Of a DNA stretch of 64,000 bases, positions 44,860 through 54,048 are shown one piece after another. Within the stretch, counting starts at the first letter, position 1, and each line of letters starts with the position of its first letter. Position numbers and translations under genes: made by a program. Source of the DNA: an uncultured Actinomycetota bacterium (GTDB taxonomy: Bacteria; Actinomycetota; Actinomycetes; Actinomycetales; Dermatophilaceae); assembly GCA_963800435.1 (NCBI GenBank), contig CAWDBE010000008.1:397839-461838 (forward strand), in the 5' to 3' direction. The notes below the pieces were generated by a model. It had not been told where the DNA came from. It searched no databases and saw nothing but the letters and a program-made list of their open reading frames with translations.

Positions 44860-46022
44860 ATGGACTCCTCGCTGCGCGCACTCGCGCGGGCCCAGCGCGG
44901 GGTGTTCTGCGCCGCCCAGGCCGCCGGGGCCCGGCATCAGCGTCGGTCGCCTTCAGGCGCTGGTGTGCTCGGGGGAGCTGTGGCGACCGCGGCAGGGCGC
45001 GTTCGTCCTCGGGGAGCTCGCGGTAGCAGCCCGACCCCAGGAGCCGTACGCCCTGGCAGTCCGGGCCGGTGTGCTGCACCCGGCCGACCGCCGCGGCCTC
45101 GCACCACGCCGGGCTCGCCATCCACGGCCTCCCGATCGCCGGGGTGGACCTCGCGCGGATCGACCTCGTCGCGGACGTCGCCCACGCGAGCACCCGAAGC
45201 GGTGTCCGCACCCGCCCGATGCCGCCGGGCGAGCGGATCCTGCCGGTCGAGGGGGTGCGCGTCGCCTCGGTGGCGACGTGCCTCGTCCAGACCACCGCGG
45301 AGTCGGGCCTGCTGGCGGGCCTGGTCAGTGCGGATGCCGCCCTCCACGACGGCCTCGTCGACCGCGCCGAGCTCGCGGCCGCCGCGGTTCGGCTCGCGCC
45401 TCGCAGGGGTGCCGGCAGCGTGCGGACGGCGCTGTGGCTGGTCGACCCTCGGGCCGAGTCGCCCGGAGAGACCCGCACCCGGTTGATGCTGGTGTCCGCG
45501 GGCCTGGCGTTCGTGTCCCAGGCTCAGATCGTCGACGGGACCGGGCGCTTCCTCGCTCGGGTGGACTTCCTCGTCGCCGGGCGGGTGGTCGTGGAGTTCG
45601 ACGGCGCGGTGACGTATGCCGGTGCCGACGGGCGCGAAGGGCTGGTCCGGGAGAAGCGGCGCGAGGACGCGCTGCGCGCGCTCGACTATGAGGTCGTCCG
45701 GCTCTCCTGGGCCGACCTCGACCGTCCCGAGCTCGTCCTGGCCCGGATCCACGAGGCACTCGCCCGTGCCGGCGCGCGGGTGAGCGGCACTCGCACGTCT
45801 GCCTGGTGGGCGCCGGCACGGTCCGGCCGGGACGGGGCCTGCGCCTTGCCCAGGAGCCGCAGTGGCTCGACCCGCTGGTTCTTCCTCACCTCACCGGATA
45901 TTCAGCGACTCGACGAAGGAACGGCGAGCCGAGCTGCGACGAGGCGAGGGCGGGCGAGCCCACGGGGCGGGACGGCATACCGGGTCGGGTGGCGGCAACC
46001 ACTATGTGGGACCAGGTGGTGA
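44860..46022 (+). pseudogene. AbiEi-N/DUF559 (Vsr-like endonuclease fold) family gene with two +1 frameshifts
   Basis: The family-typical sequence is spread over three frames. These are MDSSLRALARAQRGVFCAAQAAGA (from 44860), GISVGRLQALVCSGELWRPRQGAFV (after about 44932), and AAASHHAGLAIHGLP...DPRAESPGETRTRL...RVDFLVAGRVVVEFDG...LRALDYEVVRLSWADL (after about 45083). Confidence 0.65.
45864..45931. repeat. 67-nt element, copy 2 (inverted relative to copy 1)
   Basis: Its reverse complement aligns with 44637-44703. The shared core is TCGCTGAAYATCCGGYGAG...GAAGAACCAGCG. Confidence 0.7.
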
Positions 46023-46123
46023 CGGATGGGGCCACGTGTGGCAGGGTTGCGCCCGTGACGTTCACTGACGTGGCCACCGCCACGATCATTATCGGCTAGC
46101 GCGACGAGACCTCCTCGTCGCGC

Positions 46124-46156
46124 AGACCTCCCACACCCGGGGGGTCTTTTGCTTTG
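46124..46156 (+). terminator. intrinsic terminator with U-tract
   Basis: AGACCTCCC-acaccc-GGGGGGTCT followed by TTTGCTTTG. It is preceded by a second perfect 10-bp hairpin GCGCGACGAG/CTCGTCGCGC at 46099-46123. Confidence 0.6.
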
Positions 46157-46465
46157 CCGGGAACGTCGCCCACCGCGAGACGGCCCGCCGGAGCAAGGGT
46201 TCCCGGCCCACACCCCAGGGCCAGGAGCGGCAGCGCGGCCGAGACGCACGCCGGAGACGGTGGGCCGCCTGGGCGGCTCGCGGGCATCCGCCCGTGGGAC
46301 GCCCAGGCGCCACCGGCCCGACACGACCGACAGAACCCGACGGGACCGGCCCGACCAGCTGAACCGGACCGACCGGCACGGGACGCACGACCAGCACGAC
46401 CGAGCCTGACCCCACTCGCCGGACCCACCCGGCATACCGCGCTCCACAGATCGAGGCGAGACACG

Positions 46466-48058
46466 ATGACCGACCTGCACGTCTACGACACCACGCTGCG
46501 CGACGGTGCCCAGCAAGAGGGGCTCAACCTCTCCGTGACGGACAAGCTGGCCATTGCGAGCCACCTCGACGAGCTCGGGGTGGGCTACATCGAGGGCGGC
46601 TGGCCCGGGGCGAACCCCAAGGACACCGAGTTCTTCGCCCGCGCCCAGCGCGAGCTGACCCTCGCAAACGCCACCCTCGCGGCGTTCGGTGCGACGCGGC
46701 GCGCGGGGGGCACCGCGGCGACGGACCCGCTCGTCCGGGCGCTGCTCGACTCCGGGGCCTCGGTCGTCACCCTCGTCGCCAAGTCGCACCCAGGGCACGT
46801 CGAACGGGCCCTGCGCACCACCCTCGAGGAGAACCTCGAGATGATCCGCGACACCGTCGCCTTCCTCACCGGGGAGGGACGCAGGGTGTTCCTCGACGCC
46901 GAGCACTTCTTCGACGGGTATGCCGCGAACCGCGACTATGCCGTCGAGACCGTCCGTGCCGCGATGGAGGCGGGCGCCGAGGTGGGGGTCCTCTGCGACA
47001 CCAACGGCGGCATGCTGCCCGGCCAGGTCGCCGATGTCGTCCACGACGTCGTCACGGCGACCGGCGGCAAGATCGGCATCCACTGCCACAACGACACCGG
47101 CTGCGCCGTCGCGAACTCGATGGCCGCGGTCGACGCGGGCGCCACGCACGTCCAGGGGACGATCAACGGCTACGGCGAGCGCACCGGAAACGCCGACCTG
47201 CTCACGGTCGTCGCCAACCTCCAGATCAAGCGGGGGCTGCCCCTCATCGACCCGCACCGGCTCGCCGAGTCGACCCGGATCGCGCACGCCATCAGCGAGG
47301 TCACCAACGTCCCGCCCTACAGCCGCCAGCCCTACGTCGGTGCGAGCGCCTTCGCCCACAAGGCCGGCCTGCACGCCAGCGCCATCAAGGTCGACCCCGA
47401 CCTCTACCAGCACACCGACCCCAAGCACGTGGGCAACGACATGCGGATGCTCGTCTCCGACATGGCCGGCCGGGCCTCGATCGAGCTGAAGAGCCGCGAG
47501 CTCGGCCTCGACCTCGACGGCACGAACGAGGCCGACGCCGCGACCCTGAAGAAGGTGCTCAAGAAGGTCAAGGATCTCGAGCTGCGGGGCTACACCTTCG
47601 ACGCCGCCGATGCCTCCTTCGAGCTCCTCCTGCGCCGAGAGCTCGACGGCTCGCTGCCGCCCTACTTCGACGTCGAGTCCTGGCGGGTCATCACCGACCG
47701 CGGCGGCGCCGGCGACGCCCTGTCGGAGGCGACGGTCAAGATCGTCGCATCCGGACGGCGCTACGTCAGGACCGGCGAGGGCAACGGCCCGGTCAACGCC
47801 CTCGACCACGCGCTGCGCGACGCCCTCTCGCACGCCTACCCCGAGATCGCCCACCTCGAGCTCATCGACTACCGGGTCCGCATCCTCGACGCGGCCCATG
47901 GCACCGACGCCGTCACCCGGGTGCTCATCGAGACCTCCGACGGCGCGACCTCGTGGCAGACCATCGGGGTCGCCGCCAACATCGTCGAGGCGTCCTGGGA
48001 GGCCCTCGTCGACGGCGTCACCTACGGCCTCATCCGGGCCGGGGTCACGCCCCGCTGA
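46466..48058 (+). CDS. citramalate synthase / 2-isopropylmalate synthase family (short CimA-like form)
   Basis: HVYDTTLRDGAQQEGL, HCHND and a C-terminal LeuA-dimer regulatory domain, about 530 aa. CimA versus LeuA cannot be decided from sequence alone. Confidence 0.88.
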   Translation: MTDLHVYDTTLRDGAQQEGLNLSVTDKLAIASHLDELGVGYIEGGWPGANPKDTEFFARAQRELTLANATLAAFGATRRAGGTAATDPLVRALLDSGASVVTLVAKSHPGHVERALRTTLEENLEMIRDTVAFLTGEGRRVFLDAEHFFDGYAANRDYAVETVRAAMEAGAEVGVLCDTNGGMLPGQVADVVHDVVTATGGKIGIHCHNDTGCAVANSMAAVDAGATHVQGTINGYGERTGNADLLTVVANLQIKRGLPLIDPHRLAESTRIAHAISEVTNVPPYSRQPYVGASAFAHKAGLHASAIKVDPDLYQHTDPKHVGNDMRMLVSDMAGRASIELKSRELGLDLDGTNEADAATLKKVLKKVKDLELRGYTFDAADASFELLLRRELDGSLPPYFDVESWRVITDRGGAGDALSEATVKIVASGRRYVRTGEGNGPVNALDHALRDALSHAYPEIAHLELIDYRVRILDAAHGTDAVTRVLIETSDGATSWQTIGVAANIVEASWEALVDGVTYGLIRAGVTPR

Positions 48059-48140
48059 GCCCCGCGGGGGCGCTGGACCCGGATGCCGGCCTGCGGCTCC
48101 GGGGTGGCGTGGGCCGGTGCCGACGGGCCAGGCTAGGCCC

Positions 48141-49271
48141 ATGACGGCCGGCCTCATCCCCTTCCCGCTGTGGGGCCAGCGCGGGTGGTGCTCGGTCGAG
48201 GTCCTCGGGGAGAGGTTCCACGAGGAGTCGCTGCGCGCGCTGTTCGCCGAGGTGCCCCGTGGCCGTCGCGACGAGGTGGACGGCACGGCATACCTCATGC
48301 CCGAGCCGAATAGCGCGCGTGACGCCGTCCGCGTCGTGTGCGACGGCCTGCACGTGGGCTACCTGCCGGCGGCGCTCGCCGTGGCCTACCGGCCCGTCGT
48401 CGCCCGCCTCGAGGCCGCGGGACACGTTGCCACGGTGGCGTTCCGTGCCTGGGGTGAGGAGTACGAGCCGTGGGGCGCGGAGCGCGACGGAGGCGGCCCG
48501 GGTGCCAGGTTCTCCGGTGGGGTCTACCTCGACCTCGCCGAGCCGCATCTCGTCCTGCCGCTCAACGACCGGCCACCCGGGGCCGTGCGCGAGCTGCCGG
48601 TGGGGACCGCGATCCAGGTGTGGGGCGAGGAGCACTACCTCGCGCATCTTCGGGCCTATACCCGAACGGAGGGGGAGGCATGGGTGTACGCGACCTTGCA
48701 CCCGGTGCTCGAGGAGCTCGCGCGCTCGACGCGCAGCCTGGTCGAGGTGCGGGTCGACGGTGAGCCGGTGGGCCGGCTCACCCCACGGATGAGCGGCGCG
48801 GTGCTGCCCGCCGTCGAGCACGTCGAGCGCCGTGGCGCCACGGCGGTGGCACGGGCGCTGGTGAAAGGCACCGCGATCAGGGCCGAGGTGTTGCTCCACG
48901 TCCAGCGGGCTCACGAGATCGCCCCTGACTGGCTCGAGGGCCGAACCGATGGGCCTCGATCCCGCGTGGCACCGCCCAGCGACCCGGCGGACGACCATGC
49001 GGACGACCCGGCGGACGACCAGGATCCAGTGGCCACCGGCCCGGGGGGGAGCGAGCCCCCGGCCGCGAAACCGTCGACGCCACCGGCGCTGCAGCCCGCT
49101 CGGCCGGAGGCGCGGCATCCGGGCGTGCCGACCCGGCCGATGCGGCTGGTGTTCAACCTTCCCCCCGGCTGGCCACCCCCGCCCGACGGCTGGGAGCCCG
49201 AGCCCGGGTGGAGGCCTCCAGGGGACTGGCCGGCCGCGCCCGAGGGCTGGGAGTACTGGGTCGGCCGCTGA
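48141..49271 (+). CDS. hypothetical protein with two HIRAN-like modules and a Pro/Trp-rich tail
   Basis: EPNSARDAVRVVCDGLHVGYLP resembles the HIRAN core. The C-terminus is PPGWPPPPDGWEPEPGWRPPGDWPAAPEGWEYW. Third-position GC is high throughout. Confidence 0.55.
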   Translation: MTAGLIPFPLWGQRGWCSVEVLGERFHEESLRALFAEVPRGRRDEVDGTAYLMPEPNSARDAVRVVCDGLHVGYLPAALAVAYRPVVARLEAAGHVATVAFRAWGEEYEPWGAERDGGGPGARFSGGVYLDLAEPHLVLPLNDRPPGAVRELPVGTAIQVWGEEHYLAHLRAYTRTEGEAWVYATLHPVLEELARSTRSLVEVRVDGEPVGRLTPRMSGAVLPAVEHVERRGATAVARALVKGTAIRAEVLLHVQRAHEIAPDWLEGRTDGPRSRVAPPSDPADDHADDPADDQDPVATGPGGSEPPAAKPSTPPALQPARPEARHPGVPTRPMRLVFNLPPGWPPPPDGWEPEPGWRPPGDWPAAPEGWEYWVGR

Positions 49272-49436
49272 CGGCGCGAGCACTCTCGACGGACTCCACG
49301 GCCCGTTTCAGGTTGCGTCCAGGGTGGGTTCGTAACGTCGATGACCGTCGGTCGACGGGCCGCAGACGCACCCAGAGCTCACCTCTGTCGCCACCCGCCG
49401 CCACGTCCGAGAGTCGACGAACGAGGAGGGTGTCCG

Positions 49437-51575
49437 GTGACCGGAGCTCGCCGAGCGCTCCGGTCCCAGGCCAGGGTGTGGCGGGCGCTGGCGGGACTGG
49501 GCGCGCTGGCCGTGACGGCCGGGATCCTCGGCTCCGGGCTGGCCCTGCCGCTCGTGGCGGTGGCCGCCTCCAGCGTCGACGCCGGCACCACCGCGTTCGC
49601 GTCGCTGCCCGCCGACATCCCGACGGTCTCGCTGCCCCAGACCACGGTCGTGCTCGACGCCAAGGGCCACGCGATCGCCCATCTCTACGACGAGAACCGC
49701 ACCCAGGTCCCACTGTCGGCGATGTCCGTGCTCGTGCAGCACGCGATCGTCGCCGTGGAGGACTCGCGGTTCTTCCAGCACGGCCCCGTCGATCCCCGAG
49801 GCCTGGCGCGAGCCCTGGTCGCCGACGCCACGGGCCACCCCATCCAGGGCGCTTCCACGCTGACCCAGCAGTACGCCAAGAACCTCCTCCTCGAACAGGA
49901 CGTCCTGGCGGGTGACACGGCCGGCGCCAGGGCCGATGTCGCCCGCACGGTGTCCCGCAAGGTTCGCGAGCTGCGCCTGGCGGTCAGCCTTGAGCAGCAC
50001 TACACCAAGCAGCAGATCCTCGAGCGCTACCTCAACATCGTCTACTTCGGCCAAGGCGCCTACGGGGTCCAGGCCGCCGCCGAGCGGTTCTTCGGGGTTC
50101 CTGCGGCCAGGCTCGACGTGGCCCAAGCCGCGACGCTCGCGGGCCTGGTCCAGGACCCCGCGGCATACGACCCGGTCCAGCATCCCAGCGCGGCCCGGCG
50201 GCGCCGCGACGAGGTGCTCACGGACATGCGCGCGCAGGGGATGATCACCACCGCGCAGTACTCGAGGGCCGTCGCGTCCAAGGTCACGGTCACCGGCAAG
50301 GCAGCGCCCGAAGGGTGCGCGGCATCGGGGACCACCGGCTTCTTCTGCGACTATGTCGTCCAGTCCCTCCTGCGCGACCCGGCGTATGCCGCTCTCGGCG
50401 CCACCGCGGGCCAGCGGCAGCAGGCGCTGCTGAACGGCGGGCTGGTCATCCACACCACGCTCGACCCCTCGACCCAGTCGGCCGCCGTCCATGCCGTCGA
50501 CGCCAAGGTGCCCGCCAAGGACAGCAGCAGGCTCGGAGCCGCGGCGGTGACGGTCGAGCCGGGGACCGGGGCGGTCGTCGCGATGGCGGAGAACCGCACC
50601 TTCTCCCCGACGGCCGGTCGGGGCCGGACCTCGGTGAACTACACGACCGACGCCAGCCTCGGTGGGGCGAGCGGCTTCCAGACCGGGTCCTCGTTCAAGC
50701 CGTTCACGCTCGCGACGTGGCTGGAGCAGGGCCGCAACCTCAGTGACGTCGTCGACGCCACGAAGCGCGGCTTCCCGTTCTCGTCGTTCACCTCCTGCGG
50801 GCAGCCCCTCTCGGGCACCCAGCCCTACCTCCCCGGCAACTCCGAGGGCACCGAGACCGGGCCGATGTCGGTCCTGGACGCCACGGTCAACTCGGTCAAC
50901 GTCGCCTACGTCGATATGGAGACCCAGCTCGACCTGTGCAGCGTGGCCAAGACCGCCGAGGCGCTCGGCGTGCACACGGCCACCCCGCAGCAGGTGTGCA
51001 CAGCGGGCGGCAAGGCCTCGACCGACCTGCCGACCTGTCTGCCCTCGCTCACGCTCGGGGTCGAGGACATCGCGCCTCTGACGATGGCCGCGGCCTATGC
51101 GGGCTTCGCGTCGGGCGGGACCTACTGTGCGCCGATGCCGGTCGGCTCCATCACCAGCCGCGCCTCGCCGGGCGCGAAGGAGACCGCTGTCCTCACGGCG
51201 CACCCGAGCTGCCGCCAGGCGCTCTCCGGTGCGGTGGCCTCCGGCGTCAACACCGCGTTGGAGCAGGTGCTCACGCGGGGTACGGCCGCCGGCAGTGGAC
51301 CGCTGTTCCCGTGGCAGTCGGCCGGCAAGACCGGTACGACCGACGGGCCGTACGACTCGTGGTTCGTGGGCTACACGGCGCAGCGCAGCACCGCGGTCTG
51401 GGTGGGCGACCCCGGGCGCACCGTCCACGGCAAGGCCACCCGGCTGCGCCTGACCAACGTCATGGTGGGCGGGACCTACTACCCGGTCGTCTATGGCGCG
51501 AGCATCGCCGCGCCGATCTGGAAGCAGCTCATGACGAGCGCCATGGCCGGCCTGCCCGCCGCGCCGCTGCCCTGA
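49437..51575 (+). CDS. class A penicillin-binding protein (transglycosylase/transpeptidase)
   Basis: GT51 motifs EDSRFFQHGPVD and GASTLTQQ. Transpeptidase motifs SSFKP (SxxK) and KTGTT. GTG 49437 lies 7 nt after GAGGAGGG, and a TM anchor follows. Confidence 0.92.
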   Translation: MTGARRALRSQARVWRALAGLGALAVTAGILGSGLALPLVAVAASSVDAGTTAFASLPADIPTVSLPQTTVVLDAKGHAIAHLYDENRTQVPLSAMSVLVQHAIVAVEDSRFFQHGPVDPRGLARALVADATGHPIQGASTLTQQYAKNLLLEQDVLAGDTAGARADVARTVSRKVRELRLAVSLEQHYTKQQILERYLNIVYFGQGAYGVQAAAERFFGVPAARLDVAQAATLAGLVQDPAAYDPVQHPSAARRRRDEVLTDMRAQGMITTAQYSRAVASKVTVTGKAAPEGCAASGTTGFFCDYVVQSLLRDPAYAALGATAGQRQQALLNGGLVIHTTLDPSTQSAAVHAVDAKVPAKDSSRLGAAAVTVEPGTGAVVAMAENRTFSPTAGRGRTSVNYTTDASLGGASGFQTGSSFKPFTLATWLEQGRNLSDVVDATKRGFPFSSFTSCGQPLSGTQPYLPGNSEGTETGPMSVLDATVNSVNVAYVDMETQLDLCSVAKTAEALGVHTATPQQVCTAGGKASTDLPTCLPSLTLGVEDIAPLTMAAAYAGFASGGTYCAPMPVGSITSRASPGAKETAVLTAHPSCRQALSGAVASGVNTALEQVLTRGTAAGSGPLFPWQSAGKTGTTDGPYDSWFVGYTAQRSTAVWVGDPGRTVHGKATRLRLTNVMVGGTYYPVVYGASIAAPIWKQLMTSAMAGLPAAPLP

Positions 51576-51809
51576 CGCTCGCGGGACCCCGGCGCCGTCC
51601 GCCCCCCGAGTATCGGCAGCGCGCTCGTGGTGATGGTGCTCGCCGCCGGTTGCACCGGCCGAGCCACCGATCACGCGGTCGACGGTTCACCCAGGCCACT
51701 TTCGGCGGCCACCTCGGTGAACCCGACCCCGATATCCCCGTCCGACCCATGCCGTCGTCAGAGTGGTCGACTCGCGGCGCTGTGACGCACTGTCACGTCG
51801 ACGCGGATA

Positions 51810-52355
51810 TCAGGGCGCTTCGGGCTTGGGAATCGTCAGTTGGGCCCGGTGGTGCCGGTAGTGCTTCGGGGCCCACTCGAACAGATCTCGGCGGCTCATC
51901 CAGGCCGTGAAGTAGGGGTCCCACCCGGCCGGTACCGACATGCCCCGAGCGAGGTCGTGCTCGCTGGCGGCGTCGGCCCATCGCACCATCGCGGCGGTGT
52001 CGTGGGCCATCCACCGTTGTGCGCGGGCCAGGCCACCCACCCGAGCGCCCGCGACGCTTCCCGCGTAGTTGATCCAACCGTAGGGGCGGCTCATCGCCGT
52101 CAGAAGTTGCGCGTAGCGACGCGACGCCGGTGGGGGCAGCCGTGAGAAGCCCCCGATCATGGGGATGAAGACTCTCGCGATGCGCTGACCGAACCACATG
52201 TGGAACAGCAGCTCCCGGTTCGTCCACCGGGTGCCGTCGCTGGGTGCGTTCAAGGCGTCCAGTGCTACGCCGGTGGTGAGCATGTCGAAGTCCGCGCTCA
52301 CCCACACCAGCGCGCTACGTGCCTCGGCCGAAAGGCCCACTCCACGAGTGTGCAC
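51810..52355 (-). CDS. DinB_2/maleylpyruvate-isomerase-N-like protein (tentative)
   Basis: WTNRELLFHMW and the C-terminal HYRHH are reminiscent of the DinB superfamily. This is the first gene in the lower-GC region. Confidence 0.4.
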   Translation of the reverse strand: MHTRGVGLSAEARSALVWVSADFDMLTTGVALDALNAPSDGTRWTNRELLFHMWFGQRIARVFIPMIGGFSRLPPPASRRYAQLLTAMSRPYGWINYAGSVAGARVGGLARAQRWMAHDTAAMVRWADAASEHDLARGMSVPAGWDPYFTAWMSRRDLFEWAPKHYRHHRAQLTIPKPEAP

Positions 52356-52438
52356 CGCGTAGGCGTGTGTGCCGCCGCCAGGACGCGGCGCGATGGGACC
52401 ACCGCCCGCGCCGGTCAGTCGACACGCCAGGGCAGGGT

Positions 52439-52475
52439 GCGGGTGCGAACCGCCCGACTCTGCTTGTGTGCGGAC
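52439..52475 (+). repeat. direct repeat copy A (28 nt exact, about 37 nt with mismatches)
   Basis: GCGGGTGCGAACCGCCCGACTCTGCTTG is identical to 58144-58171. The extension ...GCGGAC is also shared. Confidence 0.85.
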
Positions 52476-52538
52476 GTCCGCTCTTCGCGGTTATGCACGT
52501 GATCCGGAGTAGCCGATGAGCGGGCGTCCTCGGCGCAA

Positions 52539-52862
52539 ATGGGGGTGATCATGGTGAGTGCCGTCACGGGCCACTCGGGGACGAGCCCACCCCTGGAACC
52601 ACGGTCTTTTTCGTTATACGCTAAACGCGTGGCGAGCGAAGAGCGGATCCAGCAGTGGGCCGACGAGGCCGAAGCGGGATACGACGTCGACGTTCTCAAG
52701 CGTCGGGGCCGCGGGCGCCCTGGTCGCGGGGCTGAACCGATGCAGGTCGTGGCGGTCCGGCTGACCGCCGAGGAGCTTGACGCTCTCGACGCCGCGGCAG
52801 CCAAGAACGACATGAGCAGGTCCGAGGCGATCCGGGCCGCGCTGGCCCACTTCGCTGCGTGA
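52539..52862 (+). CDS. ribbon-helix-helix (CopG-like) antitoxin
   Basis: AEAGYDVDVL...VVAVRLTAEELDALDAAAAKNDMSRSEAIRAAL is a classic RHH beta-alpha-alpha. The exact start is uncertain. Confidence 0.7.
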   Translation: MGVIMVSAVTGHSGTSPPLEPRSFSLYAKRVASEERIQQWADEAEAGYDVDVLKRRGRGRPGRGAEPMQVVAVRLTAEELDALDAAAAKNDMSRSEAIRAALAHFAA

Positions 52863-53100
52863 AGGTCCACCGGAGCGCGCTCAGCACGGCATCACGTCGG
52901 AGGATGCGATCCAGGCAGCACAGTGGTCGCTGTGGATCGAGCCCCTCGACGAGGACGGCCCTCCCCACCGAGAGTCGCGCCTGGGTTTCGACACCGGAGC
53001 CCGCCTGCTGGAGACGGTGGTACTCGCCCTCGAGAACGGCGACGAGAGGGTCATCCACGCGATGCCGGCTCGCAAGAAGTACGTCGACCTACTGCCGTAA
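52859..53100 (+). pseudogene. small toxin-like gene (C-terminal VIHAMPARKKY motif) interrupted by a 1-nt frameshift
   Basis: GTG 52859 overlaps the antitoxin stop (GTGA) and gives VKVHRSALS. The rest (HGITSEDAIQAAQ...LETVVLALENGDERVIHAMPARKKYVDLLP, stop 53098-53100) is in the -1 frame, with the junction near 52886-52888. Confidence 0.5.
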
Positions 53101-53221
53101 TGACCGAGATCAGTACCCGGACAGCCCGTCGGCGCTCCGACCGGGACGCTGTCGGCCCAGCCGGCTCCGCGGGACGCGCGCCGGACGGTCGTCGCTCCCC
53201 TCAGTCGACGGGTGTCCTTGG

Positions 53222-53785
53222 TCAAACGGTTGACGCGGCTCGCCGTCGCGCTCGGTAGGCGCGGGTCTTGACGCGGTTGCCGCATCCGTACTCGCACCAC
53301 TGGCGGGACTGGTTCTTCGAGTGGTCGTAGTAGGCCCACTCGCACTCGTCGAATGAGCAGATCTTCAGCCTTCCCCACACTCCCTGGGCGGCCGCCTCGT
53401 GCGCTGCGATGCCGACCTTGGCCAAGGCAGCAGCCACCCCTCTGGCTCGGGCTGGCCGCAAGACCGGTCCAGCGGGCGACCAGGTCAGCTCGACCTCGAG
53501 GTCGGCCAGGCTGCGCGCCAGGCCGGGCAGTGGGTCGCCGGTCCCGTCGTGGTTCTGCTCCAGGGCCAACCGAAGGTTGGTGCGCAGCCGCCGGGCGAGG
53601 TCGAGGTCAAGTCGGGTCGCACGGGCGGGAGACGTCACGAGCCCCTCAGCAGTGAGGTAGCCCACCAAACTAGCGGCCGTCGCCAGCTCGTCGATACCGG
53701 TCTCGTGGTCGTCGGTGTTGACGAAGTTGCGCACGATCGCAATGGGAGCCGGCGCATCGGGGCGAGGCAGGTCCGGGTAGTGCAT
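53222..53785 (-). CDS. CGNR zinc-finger (ABATE-domain) putative stress-responsive regulator
   Basis: C-terminal CSFDECEWAYYDHSKNQSRQWCEYGCGNRVKTRAY. Confidence 0.85.
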   Translation of the reverse strand: MHYPDLPRPDAPAPIAIVRNFVNTDDHETGIDELATAASLVGYLTAEGLVTSPARATRLDLDLARRLRTNLRLALEQNHDGTGDPLPGLARSLADLEVELTWSPAGPVLRPARARGVAAALAKVGIAAHEAAAQGVWGRLKICSFDECEWAYYDHSKNQSRQWCEYGCGNRVKTRAYRARRRAASTV

Positions 53786-54048
53786 CGATTCTCCTCCTGG
53801 GCAGCGACACCAGCATAAGTGTTTTGTCTATTGCGCCAGCCTCGACACCGTCATACGCTGTTTGTCAGTGTCGTGACCGCAGCGCGGTGGGAGGCCACCG
53901 AAAGGCGGGCCGACTCCGGCGCCGCGACCGGCGAGCGTCCGGCCTGTTTCAGCCCGGCGGATCGCTACCGAGCACCGTGTCATGAGCATGAGATCAACCT
54001 CCAAGCCGACTGGCTGCTCCAAGCAATCCACTATCGAGGCACCTGCAA

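Noticed and set aside
46290-46400. Repetitive GACCG/GGACC-rich stretch considered as a CRISPR-like or tandem-repeat array.
   Set aside because: There is no regular repeat-spacer periodicity and no defined unit. It is low-complexity sequence only.
46160-46465. Search for a Leu- or Ile-rich leader peptide or T-box upstream of the CimA/LeuA-family gene.
   Set aside because: No short ORF with consecutive Leu/Ile codons and no specifier or T-box-like conserved sequence could be found by eye.
52439-52466. The direct-repeat core GGGTGCGAACCGCCC looked like a tRNA T-arm, which would make it the 3' end of a tRNA integration site.
   Set aside because: The flanking bases do not form a 5-bp T-stem on either strand. 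The loop lacks the TTC consensus, and no acceptor stem or anticodon arm can be built around either copy.
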